58,865 nucleotides of DNA from Bdellovibrionales bacterium. GTDB lineage: Bacteria > Bdellovibrionota > Bdellovibrionia > Bdellovibrionales > UBA1609. Shown one piece after another: positions 38,028 to 48,776 of the stretch (its first letter is position 1; every line of letters starts with the position of its first letter). The stretch covers positions 1 through 58,865 of the forward strand of contig JBFWVI010000017.1 in assembly GCA_050246815.1 (NCBI GenBank), given 5' to 3'. The position numbers and the translations under genes are program-made. The notes beneath the pieces are model-generated. The model did not search any database. It was not told the DNA's origin and was given only the letters and a program-made list of their open reading frames with translations.

Positions 38028-39200
38028 TCAAAGACCACGCCCGGCAAGCAAACCTTTTCGCTCAATTTGAGCGGCGGGGCTGCCACTTTCCGCTTGTCTT
38101 TGAATGGCGCGTAGCAGACTGCCCATGTAAAGCCGGATGCCGACCCCAAGTAAGCGCCAATACCACCGAAAGAGTCGTTGCGCACCTGGGCTTGTCGAAT
38201 GAATTCGCATTTCGGCATGGAGCAGGGATTGTTGCATGCCCGGGATGGCTTCGATGCGAATTACGGTCACAACTTTCGAAAACCCCAAAGCGGCAAAGCT
38301 AGAAAACTCATCGGGTCGGCAGGTCTCGATACCAAAATTAAAACGCCAGAAGCGGCCAATCAGCCCGGTCACGAACTCATAAGGCATGTTCTCGTACAAA
38401 GTGACCATGCCAAAACGTTTTGCAGTTTGCGCAAAACTTTCTTGAGCTTGTATCTTTTCGCCCCGCCCCAAGGTGCGAACGGCCGCCAAAAAACGAGCCA
38501 TCTTCATTTGATTAAAATTCAAGCCTGCCAGGGCGCGATAAATATCGCTCGGCTGCCCCGCCACGATCAATCGACCCGTCCAAGCCTGTTCGAATTGTGG
38601 CATAAAGCCCTGCAGCCGAACCTGGTCAGGCAAACGAACAACGCTCGCAAAAGGACCAATGTTGTTTTCTGCACAAAAGTCTTCAAGAAAGGCGTCTACG
38701 GTATTCCAATCCGTCATCTCATGATCTTGCCGCGTGTCGGTCGGACCACCGGCCGACTGACTGATCCACAACATCAATTTTCGCAGCGGCCAGCTGTATT
38801 GGGTGTACTGAATCGCGCCCGCGATGCTGGCCACATAATCCGGAGTCCAGTGAGTTTGTTGAATGAATTGGCGCAGCAACCCGTCGTCGGCTAAACGTCG
38901 ATCCGTTCGTTTGTCGGCCGCATTTAAACTGACGGTGAAAAAGGCGCTCGTCAGATCGCTGAGCTTGCCGGACTGACTTCGCACCCACGCCAGCATGGTC
39001 TTCGAAAACTGCTGAGCATACACCGGACAACCCACAATCACGGCATCCACTTGCGGATCAAAAGCAAAGTCTGAGCCCAAGGCATTGACGTCGTGCCTTT
39101 GCACGCCATAGCCATGGCTAAGCAAAGACAGCTCCATATATTTGGTGATTTTTTCGGTTTGCCCGGATTTGCTTTGATAGATGATGGCGATGTGTTTCAT
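38028..39200 (-). CDS. hemG: HemG-like flavodoxin protoporphyrinogen oxidase fused to a ~200-aa C-terminal domain
   Basis: YQSKSGQTEKI, AFFTVSL, AGAIQYTQY, GGPTDT..DHEMTDW. Confidence 0.75.
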   Translation of the reverse strand: MKHIAIIYQSKSGQTEKITKYMELSLLSHGYGVQRHDVNALGSDFAFDPQVDAVIVGCPVYAQQFSKTMLAWVRSQSGKLSDLTSAFFTVSLNAADKRTDRRLADDGLLRQFIQQTHWTPDYVASIAGAIQYTQYSWPLRKLMLWISQSAGGPTDTRQDHEMTDWNTVDAFLEDFCAENNIGPFASVVRLPDQVRLQGFMPQFEQAWTGRLIVAGQPSDIYRALAGLNFNQMKMARFLAAVRTLGRGEKIQAQESFAQTAKRFGMVTLYENMPYEFVTGLIGRFWRFNFGIETCRPDEFSSFAALGFSKVVTVIRIEAIPGMQQSLLHAEMRIHSTSPGAQRLFRWYWRLLGVGIRLYMGSLLRAIQRQAESGSPAAQIERKGLLAGRGL

Positions 39201-39232
39201 TTAAAATTGCTCCCGTGTCTTAACTGCTTTGG

Positions 39233-39248
39233 AGCAACATCAATGCCG
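39233..39248 (-). promoter_or_regulatory. sigma54 promoter for the hemG operon
   Basis: Minus strand cGGCAttgatgTTGCt, 39 nt from the palindrome. Confidence 0.7.
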
Positions 39249-39286
39249 TTCAACATATGCTATTTAAGACCCGTCCAGCGAAGAAT

Positions 39287-39323
39287 GGGAAAAAATGTCT
39301 CGGATCGACGAGGCACTTGTCCC
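39287..39323. promoter_or_regulatory. Tandem activator sites
   Basis: gggaaa-aaa-tgtctc (39287) and cgaggc-act-tgtccc (39309). Confidence 0.6.
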
Positions 39324-39412
39324 ACCCAAGCGGTCGTCGACCCATATCAAAACACTCAGATGTTTGATTTCATTGACTTAGACTTTGCCGCCAAAGACGG
39401 TTATGCAGAGCC

Positions 39413-40543
39413 ATGAAACACGAACTGAGTTGGCAAGAAAATGGGCACTTGATTCGCCGAGTTTGGCTTTGCGAGTCCCATTTGTCGCCCCCCAAGCAGG
39501 TTTTGGTGGCAGACGACACGTTAAAGGCCGACGCCTTTTACGCCCAAGCCAGCCAGGGCGCGGGCTTTTTGTGGCGCGGTGATTTCCAAAACGCCAAACA
39601 ATTGCTACAAGCCGTCGGGCGTCGTCTTATAAAAAACAGCAAACCACTCGAGGACAAACTTAATCTGACTGAAAGATTTCATCGCCATCGTCAGGCCCAG
39701 GCCCACCGGGCCCAACTGCTGGCCAGGCTATTGATCCCGGTTGAAAATGACTTCACCATCCCCTTGGGCCGAGCCCCCGATGTTCGGCTAGCGCTAGCGG
39801 AAGCCCTCGAACCAATGGCCAGCGGATTTGTCATGAGTTTACGTGAAATTTTAGGTCTGATCGGCGCCCATGAATGGCGAAAAAAAGGTGTGCTGATACC
39901 CGCACTCAATGCCAATATTCACCCCCACTACGGAATTTTTTCGCCGGTGCGCGGGGAGTACTTGGATCTGATTGCCAAGGCCCCCCTGCCCAATCCTGCA
40001 AACTGCGCATTTGATATTGGCACTGGCACAGGCGTGATTGCGGCGCTTTTGCTCAAGCGTGGGGTACCACAAGTGGTGGCTACAGATCTGGACCCTCGTG
40101 CCTTGGCCTGCGCCCGCGACAATCTGAACCGCTTAGGATTGATGACAAAGGTTGAGATCATTCAGACCGACTTATTCCCCAATGGCCGCGCCGATCTGAT
40201 TGTCTGTAACCCCCCTTGGGTGCCGGCCAAACCAACCTCACGGGTGGAGCAAGCCATCTATGATCCGGACAGCCGCATGCTAAAAAGTTTTTTAACCAAA
40301 GTGGGTGAGCATCTGACGGCTGAAGGTGAAGCCTGGCTGATCTTGTCGGACCTGGCCGAGCGCTTGGGCTTGCGAAGTGAAGATGATCTCACGCGGTGGA
40401 TCCTGGCGGCAGACCTTCGTGTTCTTGAGGTATTGACCGCAACCCCTCAACACGCAAAAGCCAAAGACCAGACAGATCCCTTGTATGAAGCTCGCGCCAA
40501 AGAAGTCACAAAACTTATTCGCCTTAAGAAAAATAGCCCCTGA
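39413..40543 (+). CDS. Class I SAM-dependent methyltransferase (MTS/PrmC-like)
   Basis: DIGTGTG, CNPPW. Confidence 0.85.
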   Translation: MKHELSWQENGHLIRRVWLCESHLSPPKQVLVADDTLKADAFYAQASQGAGFLWRGDFQNAKQLLQAVGRRLIKNSKPLEDKLNLTERFHRHRQAQAHRAQLLARLLIPVENDFTIPLGRAPDVRLALAEALEPMASGFVMSLREILGLIGAHEWRKKGVLIPALNANIHPHYGIFSPVRGEYLDLIAKAPLPNPANCAFDIGTGTGVIAALLLKRGVPQVVATDLDPRALACARDNLNRLGLMTKVEIIQTDLFPNGRADLIVCNPPWVPAKPTSRVEQAIYDPDSRMLKSFLTKVGEHLTAEGEAWLILSDLAERLGLRSEDDLTRWILAADLRVLEVLTATPQHAKAKDQTDPLYEARAKEVTKLIRLKKNSP

Positions 40544-40631
40544 TCTCATTCGTGGGCCACCGCGTCAACCGATCGCTGTGAAATCCATTGGATTTTTTTG
40601 CTATCTCTTGGCATCTTTTCGGCACTTGCGC

Positions 40632-40707
<76 letters not shown>

Positions 40708-40717
40708 TTTTTAAAGT

Positions 40718-40794
40718 GTCTCCGTAGCTCAGCTGGATAGAGTGTTAGCCTCCGAAGCTAAAGGTCAGTGGTTCGAATCCACTCGGAGACGCCA
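40718..40794 (+). tRNA. tRNA-Arg(CCG)
   Basis: GTCTCCG/CGGAGAC, anticodon loop CTCCGAA, TTCGAAT, CCA. Confidence 0.97.
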
Positions 40795-40908
40795 CACTTT
40801 CTTTCCGGCCATTTCGGCGGGCAAGCCTATGAAACAACTAAATATTTTTAGTTCGATAGTCACGATTCTGGACTACTCAAATATTTTCAGACCATTAAAA
40901 TATAAGCC

Positions 40909-42045
40909 ATGCTCTCACAGCCACTGAACTATAAACTTGTCATAGCATTTTGTTTTTCGATTGGCCTCGTCGCCTGTGAAAAAAAGAAGAACGATCCTCC
41001 ACCGTCTACACCTGCTACTTTTAATGGCGTACTTTCATTCAATCTTTCGATTTCAAGCAGTCCCACTTGTGGCGAGGCTCTTTCACTTTACACAACAGAA
41101 TACCAAAGTGCTTACACTTTTGGGGCAAGAGGAGCGCAGACGGCGGCGCCTTGGTCGAGCATGGAAGATGATGGCACTGTTGAGGCAGGAGAAAATGCTG
41201 ACGGCTTTGACTTAGCAATGGTTAGCAATTCGTTCTTTGGCTTAAATGCGATTGATGGATATGGCTTCACGCATATCTTTTTTAATCTTCCATCTCTCAC
41301 GCACACAGGTCGCAAAATACCTAGCGACATTTCAGGATTAGCTTTTAATCATGCAACAATAAAAACGCGCTATCGACGTGCCATTGATAATGTCCAGCCC
41401 TACCTCAACGACAGTGTGAAATACTTTTCCCTAGGAAACGAAGTCGATTCGTACTTAAAGACCCGCCCCGCTGCTGAATGGACTGAGTACAAAGAATTAA
41501 TTGAGGACGCTCGCACTTATTTGAAAAGCTTAAAGCCCAACATCATAGTGGGTGTCACAACAACTTTTGAAGGTTTTAGCGGTACTGAATCCACTGAGAT
41601 TGCCGACTTGAACACAAACATGGATGCCATTTTTCTAACTTATTATCCTATTTCAGGCGCTTTTGTGGCTGATAACCCCGGTGTAGTCAGTACAGATTTT
41701 GCCACCATGGTGACTCAATCGGGCAGTAAGGCCGTCATCATTCAAGAAATTGGTTATCCGACAAGCGCGACAAACAGCGGCAGCGAAGCCAATCAAGCCA
41801 CATTTATTTCCAACGTTTTTGATGAATGGAAACAACGTGGCTCCACAAAATTTCCATTCATTAGTTTTTTTAAGCGACGCGATTGGAACGCTTGCGAATG
41901 TGCGGCGCAAACCAGTGGCGGCTCGGCTGGCCAACCGTTTTACGAGTTTATGTGCTCGCTTGGTATACTGAACAACAACTCGGCCGCAAAATCAGCGAAC
42001 GCTACACTTGTAACCAAGATGTCCGAGATTGGGATACCCAACTGA
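40909..42045 (+). CDS. Lipoprotein, clan-A glycoside hydrolase-like TIM barrel
   Basis: Lipobox LVAC, SLGNEVD, TYYP, IIQEIGYP. Confidence 0.7.
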   Translation: MLSQPLNYKLVIAFCFSIGLVACEKKKNDPPPSTPATFNGVLSFNLSISSSPTCGEALSLYTTEYQSAYTFGARGAQTAAPWSSMEDDGTVEAGENADGFDLAMVSNSFFGLNAIDGYGFTHIFFNLPSLTHTGRKIPSDISGLAFNHATIKTRYRRAIDNVQPYLNDSVKYFSLGNEVDSYLKTRPAAEWTEYKELIEDARTYLKSLKPNIIVGVTTTFEGFSGTESTEIADLNTNMDAIFLTYYPISGAFVADNPGVVSTDFATMVTQSGSKAVIIQEIGYPTSATNSGSEANQATFISNVFDEWKQRGSTKFPFISFFKRRDWNACECAAQTSGGSAGQPFYEFMCSLGILNNNSAAKSANATLVTKMSEIGIPN

Positions 42046-42222
42046 TTTACCGTAGAAACACGATCTGAAGAAGAAACAGTAGAAACACCCTGCCCCTGTT
42101 TCTCCTTGACCCGAAATATTTCTCCCTATACCTAAAAAGTGTCCAGTTTTCAAAACCTTAACTATGCCGCGTATTCGGTGTGAGCGGTTATAAAGTTGTC
42201 GAAAAGAGTACGCCATACCGTC

Positions 42223-43080
42223 TTAAAATGTCACTTTTGTGCCTTCTTGAATCTTATCCCCGGGAAACAGAATCACTCGATCGCCTTGATCGACACCAGA
42301 CGTCACCATCACAACGCGATCATTTCTTTTTGAAATATCGATCTGCCTCAGATGGGCTTTTCCATTTTGCACGGTATAGATCGCCCACTTCTCACCGCTC
42401 TTGAATAAGGCCCCTAAGGGAATGGACCACACTGACTTTTCACGAGAAACGATAAACTCCACGTCAACGTGATAAGTGTCACCCAACTTATTCTTAAGTT
42501 CCGGTGTGATTTTGTTGAATTCAATTCGAGCCTCAGTTTTTTCCTCTTCAACACCCAAAGCCGAAGTTTTGACCACCCCTGCGCGGCTGATCTGAACGAT
42601 TGTCCCCGCAAGCTCACCTTCGCCACCCCAATTCGAAATTCTAACCTCGCCTTTTGGGCTTAGTCGAACTGCATCTTGAGTTTGCATCTCAACGACCACT
42701 TCAAGATCCTCAAGTCGCGATACCTCAAGTATTGGCTCTCCCCTTAAAATTGGTCCCGCCGACTCACGAAAAACCTTTGAAACGACTCCCGCAATTGGAC
42801 TTTTAACAGACACCTCACTGTCCCAAATCAGTTTGGTCACAATTTGATTCTTTTTAACGATGTCGCCAACTTTCACATTCAGGTTTTCCACTTCGCCGGT
42901 CGCAAATGAATAAATGATCTGCTTTGTCCGAGAACGAATCTTCCCCTCAGCAGCAAAGGTTTCCTCAAAATCAGCCGGGGTTATGACGACTGTCTCGACC
43001 TTCAGTGGCGTCTGCCTGACAATTAAATACACGGCCACAAAGAGTATCATTGTAAAGGCGATATACATTAATCTTTTCAC
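42223..43080 (-). CDS. Efflux periplasmic adaptor (MFP)
   Basis: N-terminal anchor, VKVGD.VK, SPIAGVV, SALGVEE. Confidence 0.88.
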   Translation of the reverse strand: MKRLMYIAFTMILFVAVYLIVRQTPLKVETVVITPADFEETFAAEGKIRSRTKQIIYSFATGEVENLNVKVGDIVKKNQIVTKLIWDSEVSVKSPIAGVVSKVFRESAGPILRGEPILEVSRLEDLEVVVEMQTQDAVRLSPKGEVRISNWGGEGELAGTIVQISRAGVVKTSALGVEEEKTEARIEFNKITPELKNKLGDTYHVDVEFIVSREKSVWSIPLGALFKSGEKWAIYTVQNGKAHLRQIDISKRNDRVVMVTSGVDQGDRVILFPGDKIQEGTKVTF

Positions 43081-43083
43081 TTC

Positions 43084-45444
43084 TTACTCCCGTGCCTTAA
43101 GGGCTTCCGAAAAATCGAGCTGATTCACTTTTCTGTACAATAAAACTCCGCTGACCAAATAAGTGAAGACCAAAACCAAAACCGCCGCAGCGTATGTAGA
43201 TAACTCAATGACCAATGGGAATTTAAAAGTTTCATTGTGTATCAGGTTTGTACTTAGGTAAGACAACCAGTAGCCCAATGCCAGACCTGGTATCAGGGCC
43301 AATAAAACCTGTAAACCAATATCTAAAAACAGGATCTCAAAGCTTGGTCTAACGCCGAACCCCAAAATACGCAAGCTCGCAAGCTCCCACGCACGCTCTG
43401 AAAAATTAATGCGTGCCGAGTTGTATATAACAGCGCCAACAATAGCCACGGCAAACAAGTAGAGTATCACGGTAAAAGTTGTGATCATGTTGGCCACAGT
43501 TTCTGTAAAACTATTCAGCAGCAGGCGACGAATGGTGATACCTGCAACTTCCGGCCTGGACTTCAACGCCACATAAATAGAGTCTGCATACATCGGATCA
43601 ATTTTAACTTGAAGCGTGTCAAAGGTGGGAGTTTCTTTTTGCCATCGATGCAAATCGTGCTTTAAAGCATAAGCCTGCTGCCCAACAAGATCGTCGACAA
43701 AACCCATGACGGGGACTGCAAATTCAGCCTGAGTGCCCTCCAATACTTTCATGTCAACAAGGTCTCCTGGCCTTAGACCAAATGTTTTTTCAAAATATCG
43801 ACTCAGCAGTACCCCTCCGGGGCTGGGCTCAATCAACCGGCCTTTTTCATCTAAAACTCGGCTTAAAGTCGCGCCCTTATTCCGCCCAAGCAAAGACGCT
43901 TCCTTCTTATAATTTTTAAACTGCACACGCACCGGAACCGATCGTTCTCCTTCAGCCGTAATCACACCGGGAATCCGATTTATTTCAGAAAGCACGCTCA
44001 GCCCGCGCGGGTGGCCCAAGCGAACGGTCAAATCCTCACGGCGCATTTCATGAAATTGTCGATTGATCATAAAATCTATAATGTCGGTCCAAAATGAACC
44101 ATTGATTAAAATAGCAAGTGCCGCCGCGATTCCAAGAACGCTTAAAGACAGGCGCAACGGTCGGAATAACATCGACCGTAGTATCATTTTTGAAAACAGG
44201 TTAAGCCGGCGACCTAAGCCAAATTTTTCAAACAGGCCTTTTTGGAAACTCGGCGGACTGAGGGGCCTAAGTGCCTCGGCCGGCTGTAGAGAAAAAACGC
44301 GTCTTAATGCCCCGATTGCACCGACCCAGCCAGGCACAAGTCCCGCCATAATGCCCAAAATGATAGCACTGGATGATAAAGAGAAATTGATGGATGGGAA
44401 ACGAAAAAAATCCTCGTAAAGGCCCGAATACCACTTCCCGATCCAGGCCCCCAAAAAAAGGGAGGGCACAATCCCGGCTATTAAAATCAGTGTGACTAGC
44501 TGAAAATAGTGAAACAACAATGTCCAAGCTCCATACCCCAATGATTTCAAGGTCGCAATCTGGGCCCGATGCAAAGAAATCATTCTTGATAAAATAATAT
44601 TTAAAATAAACATCGCCACAGCCAAAAAAATTGAAGGGATAACAATCGCCATGACCCGCTGCTGACGAATCTCATCTTCCACAAATAGGTTGCTGAGTTG
44701 GCGTATGCGATCATAGGCTTGTATGTTTCCGTACGGCTGCAAGATGACATCAATTTGCCGTTTCAATTCATTAACTGAATCATGATGATCCGCTTTGATT
44801 TGCAGACTGTTGAATGCCCCATCCATTCCAGTGAGGGCTATTAGATCTTCATGACGCATCCAGAAGACGCCAAAATGTTTGTCGTCCGGCAAAGGCGCGA
44901 TCGGACTTAAAGCATACACGTATTCCGGTGACAAACCCACCCCAGATACAATGAGGTCCTTTTGTTTGCCGCCGATCAAAACGCGCAATGTTTCACCCGT
45001 TCTTAGGCGATGAGCGGTCGCAAAGGCCTCGTGCACAATCACCTCGATCGGCGAAGCTGCTTGTGGCATGCGTCCTTGTCGTAAATAAATTAAGTTAATA
45101 CTCTGCGGATCACCATGCCATGAAATAAATCGCCCCAGGGCCGGTTCCACTTGCCCGCGAACTTCCACCAGACCCTCTTTGATAATGCGCGTTTCAAGTT
45201 GCGCGACGCCATCAAGATGAGCGATCGTTTGAGCAACAGATTCAGGTGCTCGGACCACTTCTGCAAAAATGTCAGCGAATCGAAATTCCTTGTAGAACAT
45301 TTCTTTCGCTGCTTGTAACGATTGGTATGAGCTCCACGAGGACACCAGCACTGAAACGCCGCCAATGATCAACAGCGCGATTGTGAAGATCTGCCCACCC
45401 ATACCTCTAAAATCACGAAACAACTTGCGGTGCAGTCCGGTCAC
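43084..45444 (-). CDS. ABC transporter permease (duplicated FtsX/MacB-like)
   Basis: [27 protein letters not shown]. Confidence 0.9.
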   Translation of the reverse strand: MTGLHRKLFRDFRGMGGQIFTIALLIIGGVSVLVSSWSSYQSLQAAKEMFYKEFRFADIFAEVVRAPESVAQTIAHLDGVAQLETRIIKEGLVEVRGQVEPALGRFISWHGDPQSINLIYLRQGRMPQAASPIEVIVHEAFATAHRLRTGETLRVLIGGKQKDLIVSGVGLSPEYVYALSPIAPLPDDKHFGVFWMRHEDLIALTGMDGAFNSLQIKADHHDSVNELKRQIDVILQPYGNIQAYDRIRQLSNLFVEDEIRQQRVMAIVIPSIFLAVAMFILNIILSRMISLHRAQIATLKSLGYGAWTLLFHYFQLVTLILIAGIVPSLFLGAWIGKWYSGLYEDFFRFPSINFSLSSSAIILGIMAGLVPGWVGAIGALRRVFSLQPAEALRPLSPPSFQKGLFEKFGLGRRLNLFSKMILRSMLFRPLRLSLSVLGIAAALAILINGSFWTDIIDFMINRQFHEMRREDLTVRLGHPRGLSVLSEINRIPGVITAEGERSVPVRVQFKNYKKEASLLGRNKGATLSRVLDEKGRLIEPSPGGVLLSRYFEKTFGLRPGDLVDMKVLEGTQAEFAVPVMGFVDDLVGQQAYALKHDLHRWQKETPTFDTLQVKIDPMYADSIYVALKSRPEVAGITIRRLLLNSFTETVANMITTFTVILYLFAVAIVGAVIYNSARINFSERAWELASLRILGFGVRPSFEILFLDIGLQVLLALIPGLALGYWLSYLSTNLIHNETFKFPLVIELSTYAAAVLVLVFTYLVSGVLLYRKVNQLDFSEALKARE

Positions 45445-46154
45445 CAGTGAACCTCATCAATCGAGATTTTCTTGTCGTTGATTTTGACTTCGCTAATTTT
45501 TCCATCTGTCAAGCGAATCACACGGTCCGCGATACCCGCGATGGCGGAATTGTGTGTGATGACAACGACAATAGAACCTAGCTCACGGTTCACTCGATCG
45601 ATCGCTTCCAAAACCAATTTACCAGTCTTGATATCCAGGGCTCCGGTAGGCTCATCACAAAGCAACACATCCGGGCGCTTCGCAATGGCCCGCGCAATAG
45701 CAACTCGTTGTTGCTCTCCACCCGACAGCTGGGCTGGAAAATGATCTTTTCTGTCAGCTAGTCCCACTAAGGCAAGGGCTTCTGCGGGGGGCATGGGATT
45801 GGAAACTAAATCCGTGGCGAGCTCCACATTTTCTAGCGCTGTTAAATTCGGGATAAGATTAAAAAACTGAAAGACAAAGCCGACATGCTCTTTACGATAT
45901 GTCGTCAATTGCGTGGGGCTGGCCGAAACCAAGTCATGATCTTTATAAAAAACCTTGCCCGAACTGGGGTTGTCAAGCCCGCCAAGAATATTCAATAGTG
46001 TCGACTTTCCACTCCCAGAAGGACCCAAAAGAACAACGAATTCTCTGGCATAAAGGTTCAAATCAAGCCCCCTTAGGGCGTAAACCTCCACTTCGCCCAT
46101 GCGATAAATTTTCTTAAGATCTTTTGCGGTAAATATGGGTGCTGACTTGGACAT
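45441..46154 (-). CDS. ABC transporter ATP-binding protein (LolD/MacB-like)
   Basis: [24 protein letters not shown]. Confidence 0.95.
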   Translation of the reverse strand: MSKSAPIFTAKDLKKIYRMGEVEVYALRGLDLNLYAREFVVLLGPSGSGKSTLLNILGGLDNPSSGKVFYKDHDLVSASPTQLTTYRKEHVGFVFQFFNLIPNLTALENVELATDLVSNPMPPAEALALVGLADRKDHFPAQLSGGEQQRVAIARAIAKRPDVLLCDEPTGALDIKTGKLVLEAIDRVNRELGSIVVVITHNSAIAGIADRVIRLTDGKISEVKINDKKISIDEVHW

Positions 46155-46288
46155 AGGATTTAGTACCTCAAAAGTTGCTTTAAATCCATAAAGTTGCTCA
46201 GTTAGTCTGAAACGAATATCCCTTCAGTCATTTCTTCAATCGCAGCCGCCCCTGACTTGGGGACTCCATTTTCCTGTTTGGCGCTTTT

Positions 46289-47620
46289 TCAAATATCAAC
46301 CCACGGGAGAGATTTAACTAAGCCAACATGTTTTGTCCCAAGATACCTGGGAAAGTAGTTCCCGGTGAATCCAAACAACTTAAGAAGTGCTAATTCAAAA
46401 TACCAGAGCCCCAATTGGCGGCATTCATAAAGCGCATAGTCACTACTTTCTTGAGTCGTGTTGCGGTTCCTTGGATGTACGGTTGAGTTTCTAACCTTTG
46501 TAAACACCCCGGGACCGTCCCTGCCATCAATGTCACTACAAAGTTGAGTCAAGTGTGAAAACTCAGGTGGAATTTTAAGAGGAACACGCAGCTCCTTTAA
46601 CAATAGTCTTATCTTTGTTGCCGCATTCTTCTCATCAAATTTTTGGGGGTCATACTGTTTACCTTCTTCAACTAATAGAATCCAGCAGTAGAGCTCCAAT
46701 GCAGCCTGGAGCAATATTGCTGCACTTTCCATTGTGATGTTATTTTGGCTTTCAATATACCAATGAAGAAACTTAGACATGCTACCGCACCAAATGGGAT
46801 CCCGCCTGCGATCGGAAATACCATGTAAAAGCTGATTAAATCTTGTGGCTTCGGTGTCATCAAACCACGTGCCTGACGAGCTCCACTTTCCTACCCGTCT
46901 AGCTGTCCAGTCAAACCAACAGGCGTTGCCAGGCAATGAAAACCCAACATAGAGAATTGGGTAGGTCCAATGACCAAGTGCAAATGTAAACAGGTAGCCT
47001 AAATTAGTCAGGAGATCTTCAACTTCGTGAGGCAGAAATTCTGAATCATCTTTTTTATAAACATGCCCACAATACGTTAAGGCGAAACCTGAATTTTCTT
47101 TGATTGATTTTAAAGCTGATTTAATTGATTTAAGTGGGTCAAGATATATTTCCCATTCTCCAACCGTGAGATTAATCCTGCCCCGGATAGCCGTTGTTCC
47201 AATTTTGACAAAACTGCCACCCATCAACTGTGGTAAGTTTGCAAAATGAAAAGTTAGACCTTTTAGTTTTTTTTCACCTGATCGATCATTCTGCGGCAAT
47301 ACAATACCGACCAGGCTCAAAGCACTTGTGTCAGTCGAAAAGCTGGCATTAAGTATCCGAACCTTTAAACTAAAACCAACTTCCTTCAATTCGACATCAA
47401 CAATTTTCGAAGACAATGCGAGGGCCAGCGGCCCTAGCGTGCCGCTATATATGTCGATTTTTGTACCCTGAGTTGGAAAAAAATTATGATATACCCTGCC
47501 CGTCCCGTGCACGCACCTACCTTCAAATATGAAGCTCACACCCCCCGAATAAAGATCAATCGGCTTATTCGGCTCATGCTCATAGTAAGGCTTGAAGGCT
47601 TCAGGAAACTCATTGTCCAT
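46289..47620 (-). CDS. HEPN-domain protein (ApeA/YopA-like)
   Basis: C-terminal RNSTVH (RxxxxH), LQAALE helix, beta-rich N-terminal region, AT-rich DNA. Confidence 0.65.
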   Translation of the reverse strand: MDNEFPEAFKPYYEHEPNKPIDLYSGGVSFIFEGRCVHGTGRVYHNFFPTQGTKIDIYSGTLGPLALALSSKIVDVELKEVGFSLKVRILNASFSTDTSALSLVGIVLPQNDRSGEKKLKGLTFHFANLPQLMGGSFVKIGTTAIRGRINLTVGEWEIYLDPLKSIKSALKSIKENSGFALTYCGHVYKKDDSEFLPHEVEDLLTNLGYLFTFALGHWTYPILYVGFSLPGNACWFDWTARRVGKWSSSGTWFDDTEATRFNQLLHGISDRRRDPIWCGSMSKFLHWYIESQNNITMESAAILLQAALELYCWILLVEEGKQYDPQKFDEKNAATKIRLLLKELRVPLKIPPEFSHLTQLCSDIDGRDGPGVFTKVRNSTVHPRNRNTTQESSDYALYECRQLGLWYFELALLKLFGFTGNYFPRYLGTKHVGLVKSLPWVDI

Positions 47621-47830
47621 GCGACGTTTAATTAAGTTGATTATTCGATTACGTCAAAGATTGAGGAAGTTCTGCTGGCCCGAAATGGGGCTAAAAAAGC
47701 GTAGGCGCTCCAAAAGAAACATTTTATCCAATATTGGGGGCCCCTTATATGGCCATATCTCAAGACAAGTAGTTCTAACTTTTTCCGCGGCGGGACACTA
47801 TCCTACTTAGCAGCACCGCTGGTCAGCCAC

Positions 47831-47861
47831 AAAAACACGGCGGCCACCACAGTGGCCGTCG
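47831..47861 (-). terminator. Putative intrinsic terminator after the HPF-like genes
   Basis: Minus strand gacggccac-tgtg-gtggccgcc then gtgttttt. Confidence 0.5.
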
Positions 47862-47914
47862 ATCGCGGCGCGATTATAAGGCATCTGATTTGTTGCCTGG
47901 ATCTGTCACCATCC

Positions 47915-48238
47915 TTAAGACGCATGAGGCAAAAACACTCTTTTGCGCTTATGGATTTTTTTATTGGACAGCTCGTGAATTTGCTTCAATACCGTTTTTC
48001 TAACTTTTCGAAAAACCGCCATGATCTGCTTGCCGTCCTTTTTGACAATAATGGGTTTTTTCAAACCAAAGACGCTCATCGAAACCCAGAATAACCCCTT
48101 GTCTTTCGCCTCGGGTTCAATATGGATTTGCACGTCGGCCCGATCTCCCGTTTCGGCCTTAATCTCTTCGATCGTGCGATCCGCGTATTCCTTCAGGGCC
48201 TCGGTGAACATCAGCTCTTTGACATGAAATTCGGACAT
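47915..48238 (-). CDS. HPF/RaiA-like protein
   Basis: RBS AAGGAGG; FTEALKEYADRTIEEI start, beta-alpha-beta-beta-beta-alpha pattern, basic C-terminal helix. Confidence 0.6.
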   Translation of the reverse strand: MSEFHVKELMFTEALKEYADRTIEEIKAETGDRADVQIHIEPEAKDKGLFWVSMSVFGLKKPIIVKKDGKQIMAVFRKVRKTVLKQIHELSNKKIHKRKRVFLPHAS

Positions 48239-48248
48239 AAAACCTCCT

Positions 48249-48554
48249 TTAGTCGTCGTCGCCGACAAATCGGTGTTTTTTCCAATCCTCAAGTTGCAAG
48301 CGTATTTTTTCATCTAGGGCTTGCATGGCCTTGATCGGGGTATCACTGATTGTTTTGGCCACGAAAGTGCCTGCAATCGATGCGATCCGGCAGGTGGCTT
48401 CCACAACCCCTCGCCCTTTACGAAATGCCACGTTCATAGCCGAATCGCTTGGAGCCAGGCTTTGCAGCCCCTCCATCAAATCCGCGATCAGTTGGCGTGT
48501 TTCATACTCAGGCTTAAAATCCCTAAATTCTAATTGCGATCGATCAAACCCCAT
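48249..48554 (-). CDS. Divergent HPF/RaiA-like small protein
   Basis: Same predicted topology; FVA...P..A...L...I..QL..W...RF. Confidence 0.5.
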   Translation of the reverse strand: MGFDRSQLEFRDFKPEYETRQLIADLMEGLQSLAPSDSAMNVAFRKGRGVVEATCRIASIAGTFVAKTISDTPIKAMQALDEKIRLQLEDWKKHRFVGDDD

Positions 48555-48776
48555 CCTTAATCCTCCTTAAAAAGCGCCACTGGTCTTGCAAAGAAGACTA
48601 AACTTGTTTAGTCGACTGGTGCTCCGGGACAACGCTTTTTCTTACAAAACGACGAACTTTTATTCAGTGTGCTCTGGCGGCGCGTTTAGGGTTGGTTTCA
48701 TACGGACCTCCTTTAAAAGGTTTCTGAAGACGAGAACTTTAAAAGAGTTGTGCAGCCACATCCTGCCTCGCCTAAC

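Noticed and set aside
38178..38894. 238-aa + strand ORF and similar long antisense ORFs (e.g. 34382-35014, 50607-51182)
   Set aside because: They lie entirely opposite well-supported genes and have no recognisable motifs.
40609..40624. TGGCATCTTTTCGGCA sigma54-like element before tRNA-Thr
   Set aside because: The predicted start would fall inside the tRNA and no palindrome is nearby. It shows such elements can arise by chance, which tempers the similar call at 28835.
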